Shown in pieces: positions 37,005-47,037 of a stretch of DNA of 52,850 nt. The DNA comes from a virus (Duplodnaviria > Caudoviricetes). The stretch lies in IMG/VR virus record IMGVR_UViG_3300032271_000563, positions 1 to 52,850 of that record; one strand, written 5' to 3'. Within the stretch, counting starts at the first letter, position 1. Every line of letters begins with the position of its first letter. A model generated the notes under the pieces. The model was given only the letters and a program-made list of their open reading frames with translations, was not told the origin of the DNA and did no database searches. The position numbers were made by a program, and so were the translations under genes.

Positions 37005-39265
37005 TGACCAAACAAGTATTTCAATTAGATACCAAGGCTGGAATACAAAGGGACGGAACAGTCTTTGACAATCCTTTTTATACCGATGGTCTATGGGTAA
37101 GGTTTCAACGTGGCAGGCCCCGTAAGATATATGGTTACACTGAAATAACACCTAGCCTGGCTGGACCATCCAGGGGTATTTATGTAAGCCCCCAAAATGG
37201 TTTTACCAACGTATATAGTGGATATTCTGACGGTCTACAAGTAATTCCCATAAACAGCAGTGGAACTGGTGGTGGTATAAGTGATTTCACCTTATCCAAT
37301 TTCACTGCATCATCTCTTAATGTGTGGCAGTTTGATAATTTCTTTGACTCTTCGGGTTCAGGAAACAATTTGCTTTTGGCCCATCCAGGTCAAAATTTAG
37401 CGGCAATTGATAGCACAACAAATACGCCTGTTTTGGCTGGTGCATTAACGGGTACAACAGCATCAAAAGTTGGTGTTTTTACCCAAGCTGTTAATACAAC
37501 AAACGGCTCAGTCACCGCAACATTAAATTATCCTTTTACCAATCAATTTATTGTTGGCGCTGGCCAAACTATCACTGGCACTGGTATTCCATCTGGAACC
37601 ACGGTTACTGGGGTTGTGGCAAATACTTTGACCCTATCAGCCGCCGCTACAGCCACTACAGGAACAACTTTATCCACTGTTGCAGTAACTGGTACAGCGG
37701 GACAATGCTCATGTACAGCAACTACGCTAACTGTTGGCCAGTCAGTTTTTGTGACTGGTACAAATTCTGGTACAGAAACAGGCATAACAGCGGGTACCTA
37801 CTACATCATAGCTACCAACGGAACTACTACATTTACGCTATCTGGTAGCTATAGCGGTACGGCAATAACCACCACAGCAGGCACAACAACTGGATTGGCT
37901 TTTGTTGTAAACACTCCAATTACAGCAACATTTGACAACAACATTTCAGTTTCTGGTGGTGTCATTGTTCTTTTTCCATACGTTTTTGTTTATGGAAATA
38001 ATGGATTGATTCAAAATTCTGGTGCTGGTAATGTCAACGATTGGGTATCAGCTACAGCCAACGCTACAAATGTAGCTACAGGAAAGATTGTCCAGGGTTA
38101 TCCAATCCGTGGTGGTACTAATTCACCATCAGGATTATTTTGGAGCTTAGACAGCGTTATACGTGTGTCTTTCACTCCAACAACAACTACGGTTGGAAAT
38201 ACTTCTAGTACGTTTTACTGGCGGTATGACACGATTACAAGTCAGTCATCAATACTTTCATCACAATCTGTCATTGAATATGATGGTATTTTTTACTGGT
38301 GCGGTGTAGACAGATTTTTGTTATACAACGGTGTTGTCAAAGAAATTCCAAATGGATTAAATCAAAATTACTTTTTTGACAATTTGAATTATGCACAACG
38401 TCAAAAAGTATATGCAACAAAAGTTACTCGGTTTGGTGAAATTTGGTGGTTCTATCCAAACGGTTCAAGCACAGAGTGCAATAACGCAATTATTTATAAT
38501 GTTCGTGAAGGTACCTGGTATGACGCTGGTTTTGCCGCGGGTGCTAGGCGCAGTGCAGGTTATTTTTCCCAAGTTTTCCACTATCCAATCAATGCCGATT
38601 GGCAGGTCAATGCTAGTGGTGGCGTTAATTTGGTGACCATAGGAGCATCAGGAAGTTCTTATACAAATGGAACATATTCGTACTATTCTCTTACTGGCGG
38701 TACTGGCACTGGTGCTACAGCAACTATTACTGTTGCTGGTGGAGTGGTCACTGCTGTAGCCATTAAAAACCGTGGAATAAACTACACTGTTGGCGATACA
38801 TTAAGTGCAGTATTGCCTGCTGGTTCTGGGTTTAGACTGGTTGTTAATTCAACCATGACATTTGTTTCTTTGTATCAACATGAAATTGGTGTTGATGCAA
38901 TCACAGGCGGTCAAGTACTTGCAATACCAAGTTACTTTGAAACCAATAATTTGGGTTTTGTCAGTGGTGGTCCAGCACAAGAAACACCTGTATCAACTAA
39001 CAAGTGGTTAAGGGTTGAGCGTGTTGAGCCTGATTTTGTTATGTCAGGCCAAATGCAAATGTACATTACTGGACCGTCATATGCTCAAGGTGAAGATAAG
39101 TTGTCTGGCCCATATCTATTTGATCCAAACACTACAAAAATTGATCTTAAAGAACAACGACGTCAAATGAGAATTAAATTTGTTTCCAACGTACAAGGTG
39201 GAAATTATTTTTTAGGTAAGTTGTTATTGGACGCAGACTTCGGTGATGTAAGGGGGTATTCGTGA
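37004..39265 (+). CDS. tail nozzle/stabilisation protein (P22 gp10-like) with inserted beta modules
   Basis: VRFQRGRPRK N-terminus; FYWCG..RFLLYNG; FGEIWWFYP; position before ejection genes. Confidence 0.6.
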   Translation: MTKQVFQLDTKAGIQRDGTVFDNPFYTDGLWVRFQRGRPRKIYGYTEITPSLAGPSRGIYVSPQNGFTNVYSGYSDGLQVIPINSSGTGGGISDFTLSNFTASSLNVWQFDNFFDSSGSGNNLLLAHPGQNLAAIDSTTNTPVLAGALTGTTASKVGVFTQAVNTTNGSVTATLNYPFTNQFIVGAGQTITGTGIPSGTTVTGVVANTLTLSAAATATTGTTLSTVAVTGTAGQCSCTATTLTVGQSVFVTGTNSGTETGITAGTYYIIATNGTTTFTLSGSYSGTAITTTAGTTTGLAFVVNTPITATFDNNISVSGGVIVLFPYVFVYGNNGLIQNSGAGNVNDWVSATANATNVATGKIVQGYPIRGGTNSPSGLFWSLDSVIRVSFTPTTTTVGNTSSTFYWRYDTITSQSSILSSQSVIEYDGIFYWCGVDRFLLYNGVVKEIPNGLNQNYFFDNLNYAQRQKVYATKVTRFGEIWWFYPNGSSTECNNAIIYNVREGTWYDAGFAAGARRSAGYFSQVFHYPINADWQVNASGGVNLVTIGASGSSYTNGTYSYYSLTGGTGTGATATITVAGGVVTAVAIKNRGINYTVGDTLSAVLPAGSGFRLVVNSTMTFVSLYQHEIGVDAITGGQVLAIPSYFETNNLGFVSGGPAQETPVSTNKWLRVERVEPDFVMSGQMQMYITGPSYAQGEDKLSGPYLFDPNTTKIDLKEQRRQMRIKFVSNVQGGNYFLGKLLLDADFGDVRGYS

Positions 39266-39543
39266 GTTACAATACCGCCTCTAATAATCAAACAAATCTT
39301 ACTTCATTAATTTATGATCCACGACATCATACCTTTGATTCATGGGCTAGTCTCATGTGCGAGGCTTTTGCCGCTAATCAATTGGAAATACCTGATCCAC
39401 AAACAAATTGGCAAGGCTGGGCATCAGGATTAAAAGCAATCGCTTTATTTGATAATTCGGGTACTCCTGATCCATATGCGTATGAGGACTGGAGTGATTG
39501 GGCAACAGCTCTTGTTAATAACTACCAGCCGAGCCCACAATGA
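39262..39543 (+). CDS. small Trp-rich hypothetical protein
   Basis: GTGA overlap; AGGGGG RBS. Confidence 0.65.
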   Translation: MSYNTASNNQTNLTSLIYDPRHHTFDSWASLMCEAFAANQLEIPDPQTNWQGWASGLKAIALFDNSGTPDPYAYEDWSDWATALVNNYQPSPQ

Positions 39544-42500
39544 GTGATCCAGCATCCCTTGTTAGCGAATACTTTGCCGCCAATCCTAAGGCATCGCCTG
39601 AACAAGTGGCACAGGCTGTTCAATCCATAGGTGGTTTGGACGCTAATCCTGGACTTGCAAGTGCATTGGCTGGCCACTATGGCAACAGTGTTGGGGACAT
39701 CAGTTCAGCATACAGCCAATTAATCAATACGGCTCCAGCAACACCTACAGCAACTGTTGCGGCTCCTCTATCAACTCCTGTATCTGCACCCGTATATTCA
39801 TCAGCCGCTGACGTTTTAAGTGGTTTACAAAGTGGTGCCTTAAACCAAACAACGGCAATAGGTGCCTTACAACAAGCAAATTCTTCATTTGGGCAAAACG
39901 CTCCTCCTGCTCCAGTTGCACCAATTGCTCCTGCACAACCTGCAACAACAATTGCTCAGGCTCCAGCACCAGCGGCACCAATTGCACCATCTGTTTTGAA
40001 TGCAGATCAAATATGGCATGATTCAAGCGATGAATTTAAAAATACTTATGACACTATCCAAACAGGCAAAGCAACAATAAAAAATGCTCTGGTTGATGAT
40101 GGTGAAGGCAACTTTGTAAACCAATTTGGATTAAGAGATGCAAGTGGAAATTTAATTACAGATTATGTAAAAAATCTTGGTAATAACATATATCAAATAC
40201 CGTCAAGTTCCACTGGCGGAACCATGAATACATTTGTTTATGTAGATCCAAAAACTGGCTTGGTCAACCCAGTTGCAGATCCATCTAAACAAGTTATTTA
40301 TGGTGGAGGAAACTCAGGATCATGGGCAAAAGGTGTTGTAAGAGATTTAGGTCCAATACCTGCTATTTTTGCCACAGTTACGGGTAACCCTGAATTAATA
40401 CCTTATATCAATGCGGCCTCAACGGCAATCAACGGCGGCAACATTGGGGATATTGGTAAATCATTTGTACTTGGTAATGTAGCCTCGGCCCTTGGATCTG
40501 CGGCAGGTGATATTGTTGGTGGAGCCACTGGAAGTACTATTCTTAGTGGAGGTGCTCAAAACCTGGTTAGTTCAGAAATTTCAAGCGGTGGAAAAGCTGA
40601 TCCAGTAAAAGCTTTTGCTTACGGTGGTATTGGTTCTGCTGTGCCTATTATTGCAGGTGAAATTGAAGGTTATTCAAATTTAAGTTCTTCACAACAACAA
40701 ATTGTTAATAACGTAATTGCTGGGGCATTGTCTGGACAAAAGCCAACACAAATAGCTATTAACACGGCTACAGCAGTTGCCAAAGATCAAGTCAATACGT
40801 TTAATGAAATAAACAACAATGACGCTTTGCTTGATACAAAAACAACTCCAGGAGCCTCAAATACTCAAGTTGCCAATCAATTAATTTTTGATGCCTCTAA
40901 AGCTCCTGATGTCACTACAGCACAAAAATTGGCAGATGATGCTGGATACCATCAATTCAAATTTGACGGTAAAACATACACAATAAATCCTGCAAGCCCA
41001 ACTGAAGTTGATGTTGCAGACGCAACCAGGACTGGTAATTTATTCCAAGCAATTGGATATACGGACCCAACTAAGGCCATGCAAGCCGCTTTGGCGGCAG
41101 ACCCAAATGCAACGGGTTTTGTGATGGGTGGAAAAGAGTATTCAATACCAAAGGCGCCAACAACAGGGATTGGAGCAACCACTCCATCTACAGCAGACGC
41201 TCTAACAAATTTAATTAATCAGTCTTACGCAACAATTCCAGGCGGTTCAATAACAGGTGAAGGCCCTCAGAAACCTTTAACGCAACTTAATGCTCCTATA
41301 CCTACAACACCTGTAGTAAAACCTGTATCTGAATGGGATAACAATTCCAAGGCTACTGTGCCTGGAATGAATTTAACGCCTATTTTAAGTGCTAGAGATC
41401 AAGCAATTAAAGATTTGGGTGGAATAGATGCAATCACTGATAAAAACACAGGACAAATATTTGTAACTTTACCGCCTGAAACACCCGTAGCAAAACCTGC
41501 ATCTGAATGGGACAATAGTTCTAAAGCAACTGTGCCTGGGATGAATTTAACACCTATTGTGCCTAAAGAAATTCCTTTAAGCGCCAGGGATCAAATGATC
41601 AAGGACCTGGGTGGTCCAGATGCAATTATTGATCCATTCACAGGAAAAATATCTGTTACTTTGCCGCATGAAGACAAAATGGGTGCATCAGATATCACAA
41701 ATGTAAAAGGAACTGTAAGCAATATTTTAAATACTACTGGTAACAATTTAACTGGTGTAGGACTTGCTGGCGCTCAATTGGTTGGAAGTGCTTTGGGTGC
41801 TGATACATCCTATCTGAATAATTTGCAAAATGCAATTCAACAAAATCAACAGACATCAATTTCCAAATTGAATAACAGTGAGCAAAATGTTGCTCTAGGA
41901 TTATCAAATGCATTGACTACTTTTGCTCTAGGAACCCTGGGTGGACCCGCGGCGGCAATTATGGGCAACACTGCAATTGTTGGAAATAATACATTTCAAG
42001 AAGGTGTAAAAGCTGGACTTACTCCAATACAAAATGGCACTAGAACAGCCATGATGATGGGAGCAGAAACAATTGGTGAAATGCTGGGATTGCCTGGTTT
42101 AAATGTAGTTCTTAAAGGTTTACCCATAGGCGCATCACCATCACAAATGATTAATGCTGTTGGTAAATTTATTGGTGCCAATGTAAACGAACAATTTGCT
42201 GAAGCTGTTACCACCACCATGCAAATGGGAATTGATAAAATTGAAGGCATTGGATTAAATCCAAAAGCAACAGTTGATGATTGGATTGGGGCTTTAAAAG
42301 ACACGGCGGTTCAAACATTGTTTGCTGTTGGTGGCGGGCACAGTGGGGCAACTGCAATTAATTCTGTTGGCAAAGGCGGGTCAAATTATGTTGATACAAC
42401 TGACCAAACCAATACACCCACCACAGCACCATCAATAACCAATGTAGGTACCAATGCCACGATTACAGGCCCTGTTGCCGCCAATGAGCCCATCAATACC

Positions 42501-44204
42501 TCTGGTGGTAATGTTACCCCCATAGGTAATGCACCAAGCAGTTTGGCGTCTGCTGTATCAGCAATTGGCTCTTCAAATGGAACTTACAACCAGGCGCCTA
42601 CTTCAGGTGCAACCGCATTAGCCCCAAGCTTGGTATCAAACCCTGAGTTGTATACCCAAGGACAAGTTACTGTTGATGTCAACCCTGAAACCAATGTCAA
42701 AACTGAAGTAAAAGTTGACCCTGTAACCCAACAACAAACCAAAGTGGTAACTGACCCAAACAATGGTTTAACAACGCAAACATTTTTAAATCCATCAACT
42801 AATGTTTCTAGGGTCAACACGTACAACCAAAATACTGGTATTCAATCGTATGAAGTTACAAATCCTGCAACTAATTCAATTACCAAAACAATTACTGATC
42901 CAAATTCAAAAGTAGAGATCAAAACACAATCAAATACTGAAACAGGCAAGGTTGTTACCACGGTCACCAATTTAGCAACTGGGAAGATTACTTCAAGTGA
43001 ATCAGTAAACCCTGACATTGTGGTTAAACCTGTTGTAGCTCCTGCGGTAGCTCCCGCTGTTGCGCCTGCGGTGGCCCCTGTCGTTGCTCCAGTCGTTAAC
43101 CCAGTGGTCAATCCCGTTGTTAATCCTGTAGTCAATCCCGTGGTCAATCCAGTGGTCAATCCAGTGGTTAACCCTGTCGTTAATCCTGTAGTAAATCCAG
43201 TGGTTAATCCTGTGGTTAACCCAGTAGTAAATCCCGTTGTTAACCCAGTAGTAAATCCCGTTGTTAACCCAGTAGTGAATCCAGTAGTAAATCCAGTAGT
43301 TAATCCACCTGTTATTACAAATCCACCTGTTAATCCTCCTGGACCACCTGTAACACCGCCAGTGGTGCCTCCTGGGCCTCCACCTGGGCCTCCACCTGGA
43401 CCTCCACCTGGACCTCCTCCAAAACCACCAGAACCCCCAGTGGTAAAACCTCCTGTAGTTGTTAACCCTGTAGTTGTTCCCCCTGTGGTAACTCCACCAA
43501 CAACTACAACCACAACAGTAATTGACCCTAAAGTAACGGTAAAACCTCCAACCACTACCACAACTGGCGGCGGTGAGGTACCATCCTATACGCCCACGGG
43601 TGGTCCAGGGCACAAACCAAACCCAATTGTTGAGTCGTTGTTAAAAACGTACATGACAAAACAAAAGTTTATGAGCCCATTGGAAAAAATGGCGTTCCTA
43701 GCACATATTCAAGAGAAAACAGGCCAAGATATGACTGATCCATATATAACCTCCTTATTGTCAGGTAACTCATCAACCTCACAAACGACGTCTCCATCGT
43801 CAAATTACTATAAATATGGCGTTGAAACTCCAACAGTCAGTGACCAATTGGCTACCAAAGATACTGCTCAACCCCTTAAAACAGGGGGTGCGCCTGACCC
43901 TTATTACGCTGGTGGTGGATTGCCTACAATCAAAGGACGCAAGGATTTTAGAAATGGCGCCCATGTTGCTGGACCTGGCCACGGCACCTCAGACGATATT
44001 CCTGCCATGTTGGCGGATGGTGAGTTTGTGTTCCCTGCTGATGTGGTTTCTGCCCTGGGTAATGGGTCCACAAAAGCTGGTACGGAAAAGCTGTATCAAA
44101 TGATGCATGAAATTAGAGCCAGAGCAAGATCAGCAAAACCAGGTGATTTGGCGCCAGATGCACTAAAATCTCCTTTAGATTACCTGAAAGGTAGGAAAAA
44201 ATAA
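39540..44204 (+). CDS. large internal virion/ejection-type protein with tape-measure-like C-terminal domain
   Basis: 1554 aa; GPGHGTSDDIPAMLADGEFV domain; PVVN and PPPG repeats. Confidence 0.7.
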   Translation: MSDPASLVSEYFAANPKASPEQVAQAVQSIGGLDANPGLASALAGHYGNSVGDISSAYSQLINTAPATPTATVAAPLSTPVSAPVYSSAADVLSGLQSGALNQTTAIGALQQANSSFGQNAPPAPVAPIAPAQPATTIAQAPAPAAPIAPSVLNADQIWHDSSDEFKNTYDTIQTGKATIKNALVDDGEGNFVNQFGLRDASGNLITDYVKNLGNNIYQIPSSSTGGTMNTFVYVDPKTGLVNPVADPSKQVIYGGGNSGSWAKGVVRDLGPIPAIFATVTGNPELIPYINAASTAINGGNIGDIGKSFVLGNVASALGSAAGDIVGGATGSTILSGGAQNLVSSEISSGGKADPVKAFAYGGIGSAVPIIAGEIEGYSNLSSSQQQIVNNVIAGALSGQKPTQIAINTATAVAKDQVNTFNEINNNDALLDTKTTPGASNTQVANQLIFDASKAPDVTTAQKLADDAGYHQFKFDGKTYTINPASPTEVDVADATRTGNLFQAIGYTDPTKAMQAALAADPNATGFVMGGKEYSIPKAPTTGIGATTPSTADALTNLINQSYATIPGGSITGEGPQKPLTQLNAPIPTTPVVKPVSEWDNNSKATVPGMNLTPILSARDQAIKDLGGIDAITDKNTGQIFVTLPPETPVAKPASEWDNSSKATVPGMNLTPIVPKEIPLSARDQMIKDLGGPDAIIDPFTGKISVTLPHEDKMGASDITNVKGTVSNILNTTGNNLTGVGLAGAQLVGSALGADTSYLNNLQNAIQQNQQTSISKLNNSEQNVALGLSNALTTFALGTLGGPAAAIMGNTAIVGNNTFQEGVKAGLTPIQNGTRTAMMMGAETIGEMLGLPGLNVVLKGLPIGASPSQMINAVGKFIGANVNEQFAEAVTTTMQMGIDKIEGIGLNPKATVDDWIGALKDTAVQTLFAVGGGHSGATAINSVGKGGSNYVDTTDQTNTPTTAPSITNVGTNATITGPVAANEPINTSGGNVTPIGNAPSSLASAVSAIGSSNGTYNQAPTSGATALAPSLVSNPELYTQGQVTVDVNPETNVKTEVKVDPVTQQQTKVVTDPNNGLTTQTFLNPSTNVSRVNTYNQNTGIQSYEVTNPATNSITKTITDPNSKVEIKTQSNTETGKVVTTVTNLATGKITSSESVNPDIVVKPVVAPAVAPAVAPAVAPVVAPVVNPVVNPVVNPVVNPVVNPVVNPVVNPVVNPVVNPVVNPVVNPVVNPVVNPVVNPVVNPVVNPVVNPVVNPPVITNPPVNPPGPPVTPPVVPPGPPPGPPPGPPPGPPPKPPEPPVVKPPVVVNPVVVPPVVTPPTTTTTTVIDPKVTVKPPTTTTTGGGEVPSYTPTGGPGHKPNPIVESLLKTYMTKQKFMSPLEKMAFLAHIQEKTGQDMTDPYITSLLSGNSSTSQTTSPSSNYYKYGVETPTVSDQLATKDTAQPLKTGGAPDPYYAGGGLPTIKGRKDFRNGAHVAGPGHGTSDDIPAMLADGEFVFPADVVSALGNGSTKAGTEKLYQMMHEIRARARSAKPGDLAPDALKSPLDYLKGRKK
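41307..41670 (+). repeat. internal duplication of about 58-64 codons
   Basis: TPVxKPxSEWDNxSKATVPGMNLTPI...SARDQxIKDLGGxDAI occurs twice. Confidence 0.85.
43089..43304 (+). repeat. 18 tandem 12-bp units encoding PVVN
   Basis: 216 bp; amino acids identical, third codon positions variable. Confidence 0.9.
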
Positions 44205-45310
44205 TGTCCGTACTTGGCGATATGACCTCTGGTGCATTTCAAGGCATTGCACCCCCCAACGTAAATACAACTCAATCTACTACTACTCAGGCGCCTGCAC
44301 AGTACCTGGGCTATTTAAGTGCTCTAGGCGATGTTGGCTTACAGCAAATGAACACGCCTGCTCAACAAATGGTTGCGCCTTTGAGTACATTGCAAAAAGA
44401 TGTTTTTGGTTCGCCATCTGGGGTTGCAAACACTGAAAGTTTATTGACGGGAGCAATGTCTCCTCTTAATGCCGCATCTAAAACAGTGGGTGCAGATCAA
44501 ATCAATAACTACCTCAATCCGTACATTGGGGACGTTAACAATGCTTTAGCAACATCAACTGCACAAAACATTAATCAAAACATATTGCCATCTTTACAAG
44601 CCATGGGTGCATCCAGTGGAAACATGGGTTCGTCCAGGCTTACAAATGCTACAGGTCAAACCCTGGCAAACATTCAATCTGGCCTTGGTGCCCAACAAAG
44701 TCAAAACTTGGCCACTGGGTACAAAGATGCATTGGCGGCGGCTTTACAAGAACAACAAAATCTGGGCACTATTGGTAGTCAAAACATGACATCAACCATT
44801 GCAGGTTTAAATGCGGCATCTGGTCTTGGAGCACAAGCTCAAGCGCAAAATCAAGCTATTATTGATGCTCCACTAAAGACCGCAGGCAATGCGTCTCAAT
44901 TGATAAAAGGGCTTACTATCCCTACGTCAACAACTCAAACGTATTCTGGTCCTGCGTCAAGTTATGGCCCATCCCCACTTTCTCAAATTGCTGGATTGGC
45001 ATCATTGTTTGCCGCACCATCTGGTGGAACTAGTGCTTATGAAGGTATCAAAAAAGGAATAAATGATGTTTTTGGAAGTAACGCACCAATTGATTTGACT
45101 GGATTTAAAATTCCAACTCCAACTTGGGCTACAGGGGCAACTACGCCTGATACTACAACTAGCTTGGGTTCAGGTAATTTCACAATACCAGCGCCCCTAG
45201 CCTCAACAGATAACAGTCCTACAATTGCTAATGCCAATACTGCATTGGGTTCTGGAAATAATACAACATATGATTTAAGTAATTTATGGGGTAATACTCT
45301 TTTAAGGTAA
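44204..45310 (+). CDS. putative DNA ejection/pilot protein
   Basis: Q/A/G-rich; YLNPYI motif; position. Confidence 0.55.
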   Translation: MSVLGDMTSGAFQGIAPPNVNTTQSTTTQAPAQYLGYLSALGDVGLQQMNTPAQQMVAPLSTLQKDVFGSPSGVANTESLLTGAMSPLNAASKTVGADQINNYLNPYIGDVNNALATSTAQNINQNILPSLQAMGASSGNMGSSRLTNATGQTLANIQSGLGAQQSQNLATGYKDALAAALQEQQNLGTIGSQNMTSTIAGLNAASGLGAQAQAQNQAIIDAPLKTAGNASQLIKGLTIPTSTTQTYSGPASSYGPSPLSQIAGLASLFAAPSGGTSAYEGIKKGINDVFGSNAPIDLTGFKIPTPTWATGATTPDTTTSLGSGNFTIPAPLASTDNSPTIANANTALGSGNNTTYDLSNLWGNTLLR

Positions 45311-45313
45311 AAC

Positions 45314-47035
45314 ATGTTAGCACCTCTTGCCCAATCAGTTTTAGGAGCACCACCACCCACGTTTCCAGCAACGGGTCAGGCTCCTGCACCCATTCAAACA
45401 TCCAATGAAATAGCTGGTGGCTTACCTGGTATGGGTGGTCCAATAGGGCAACCTCCTATGCAGTCGGGTCTTTCTGCACCCATGACTGCACCTGCAATGG
45501 CGGGTATTTCAAACATACCAACTGCACCAGCGCCAGAGGCCGTTAAAGCACCATTGAGCGAGCCAAAACAATTCCGCAGTAAGTACGACGATATTTTTGA
45601 AAAAGCAGAAGGTATCCTTTCAGAAACACTGCAAAAGAAACAAGGTATTGATCCTGTTGGCTTGGCAATGATCCAGGGGTTCTTATCACCTACCAAGACG
45701 GGCTCTTTCGGTGAATCAATTTCTAATGTTGCTGGCAGGGTTCGTGAGGCTCAGAATGAAGAAAGCCGTGGCGATGTAAGCCGTTTACAAGCACAAATGC
45801 AATTGGCCAGCGCAGGCTCATTGCGTGAGCGTGAGAATGAAGTCCAGCGTTTGATGGGTTCCTTGTATGAGAAAACACCACAAGGATTAAAAACCAATGT
45901 TGAAATTGCAAAACAATTGTCTGGAATTACCAAAGATCCAAGATTTGTACAGCAAGCAATAGCTGAAGAACAACAAACGGCCATGAGAAATGTTGGCATG
46001 AACATGTTCAAGCCTAAGATTGTTCCAGGTAAAGAAGGACAACCAAGCCGAACAGTGATGGAATTCAACCCCAATGCTGTTTATGAATTGATGAAAATTT
46101 CACCTGATCCAATGAAAGCCATTTCTGATTACGCTAAAACAATTCCTGAATTGCGTAAAGCTGGATTAATTGAAGGATTGAAAGAAGAAAGCAACCCATT
46201 TGATATATTGGCAATGATGGGACCAACTGATTTAATAAAAGCGCAAGCTCAGAAAAATGCTGATTTGTATTCAAAAGGACTGCTTGATCCTGATAAAGCC
46301 ACGCAAATGGCAACTACCATGTTGACCATGGCCACTGCACATATGGATAGGGAATCACAAAATAAATTCCACCAGATGGTGTCTGGCATGATGATGTCAA
46401 TGAAACAAGATTCTGCCAAATTGATGCGTGAAAAATTTGAGGAAACGCAAAAAGAAAACATGAAGAAATACTCTGATCAAGAGAAAATTCTTTATAAAAA
46501 TTCTGTCATACCAATTATTAATCAAGGTGCTAAAGCCTCTGAGGCATTGGTTGCCTTGTCTCAAATTCAAGACGTTGTATCAAATGCACCTAGTGGTGTG
46601 TTTGCTGGACTTAAAGCAAATAGTGTTGGTGCGTTGTTTGGTACAGATGACAATACAGCATTGAGAAACTTGCAATCAATGAGTCGTTCTTTGTTGCCTT
46701 TAGTACCAAGATTGCCTGGTTCAGCCTCTAATTTGGATGCTAAAAATTTACTTCAAAGTATTGGAGAGTTGGAAAATCCAATGCTTACAAACAAACAACG
46801 TGTTGATATTATTCACAAAGTTGCTGTTGGGTTTCAAGCTTTGCAAAATAGAGCAAATGAAGTTGAAACTACTTGGGAGTCAAGCCGTAAGTTGCCAACA
46901 TGGGCAACGCCAACTAACCTTGGTTTAACACAGCCTGGCGCCCCAGCAACACCAGCCCCTGCACCTAGTTCTAGTCAACCTATAGGTTCAGGTAATTACA
47001 TCATTCAAAATGGCAAGCTAGTGCCTGCCCCATAA
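45314..47035 (+). CDS. putative internal virion/ejection protein
   Basis: GFLSPTKTGSFGESI; LPGSASNLDAK helical domain. Confidence 0.55.
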   Translation: MLAPLAQSVLGAPPPTFPATGQAPAPIQTSNEIAGGLPGMGGPIGQPPMQSGLSAPMTAPAMAGISNIPTAPAPEAVKAPLSEPKQFRSKYDDIFEKAEGILSETLQKKQGIDPVGLAMIQGFLSPTKTGSFGESISNVAGRVREAQNEESRGDVSRLQAQMQLASAGSLRERENEVQRLMGSLYEKTPQGLKTNVEIAKQLSGITKDPRFVQQAIAEEQQTAMRNVGMNMFKPKIVPGKEGQPSRTVMEFNPNAVYELMKISPDPMKAISDYAKTIPELRKAGLIEGLKEESNPFDILAMMGPTDLIKAQAQKNADLYSKGLLDPDKATQMATTMLTMATAHMDRESQNKFHQMVSGMMMSMKQDSAKLMREKFEETQKENMKKYSDQEKILYKNSVIPIINQGAKASEALVALSQIQDVVSNAPSGVFAGLKANSVGALFGTDDNTALRNLQSMSRSLLPLVPRLPGSASNLDAKNLLQSIGELENPMLTNKQRVDIIHKVAVGFQALQNRANEVETTWESSRKLPTWATPTNLGLTQPGAPATPAPAPSSSQPIGSGNYIIQNGKLVPAP

Positions 47036-47037
47036 TC

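Noticed and set aside
42842-43613. Minus-strand repeat ORFs (GLTT and WIYY repeats)
   Set aside because: By-products of the PVVN repeat on the + strand
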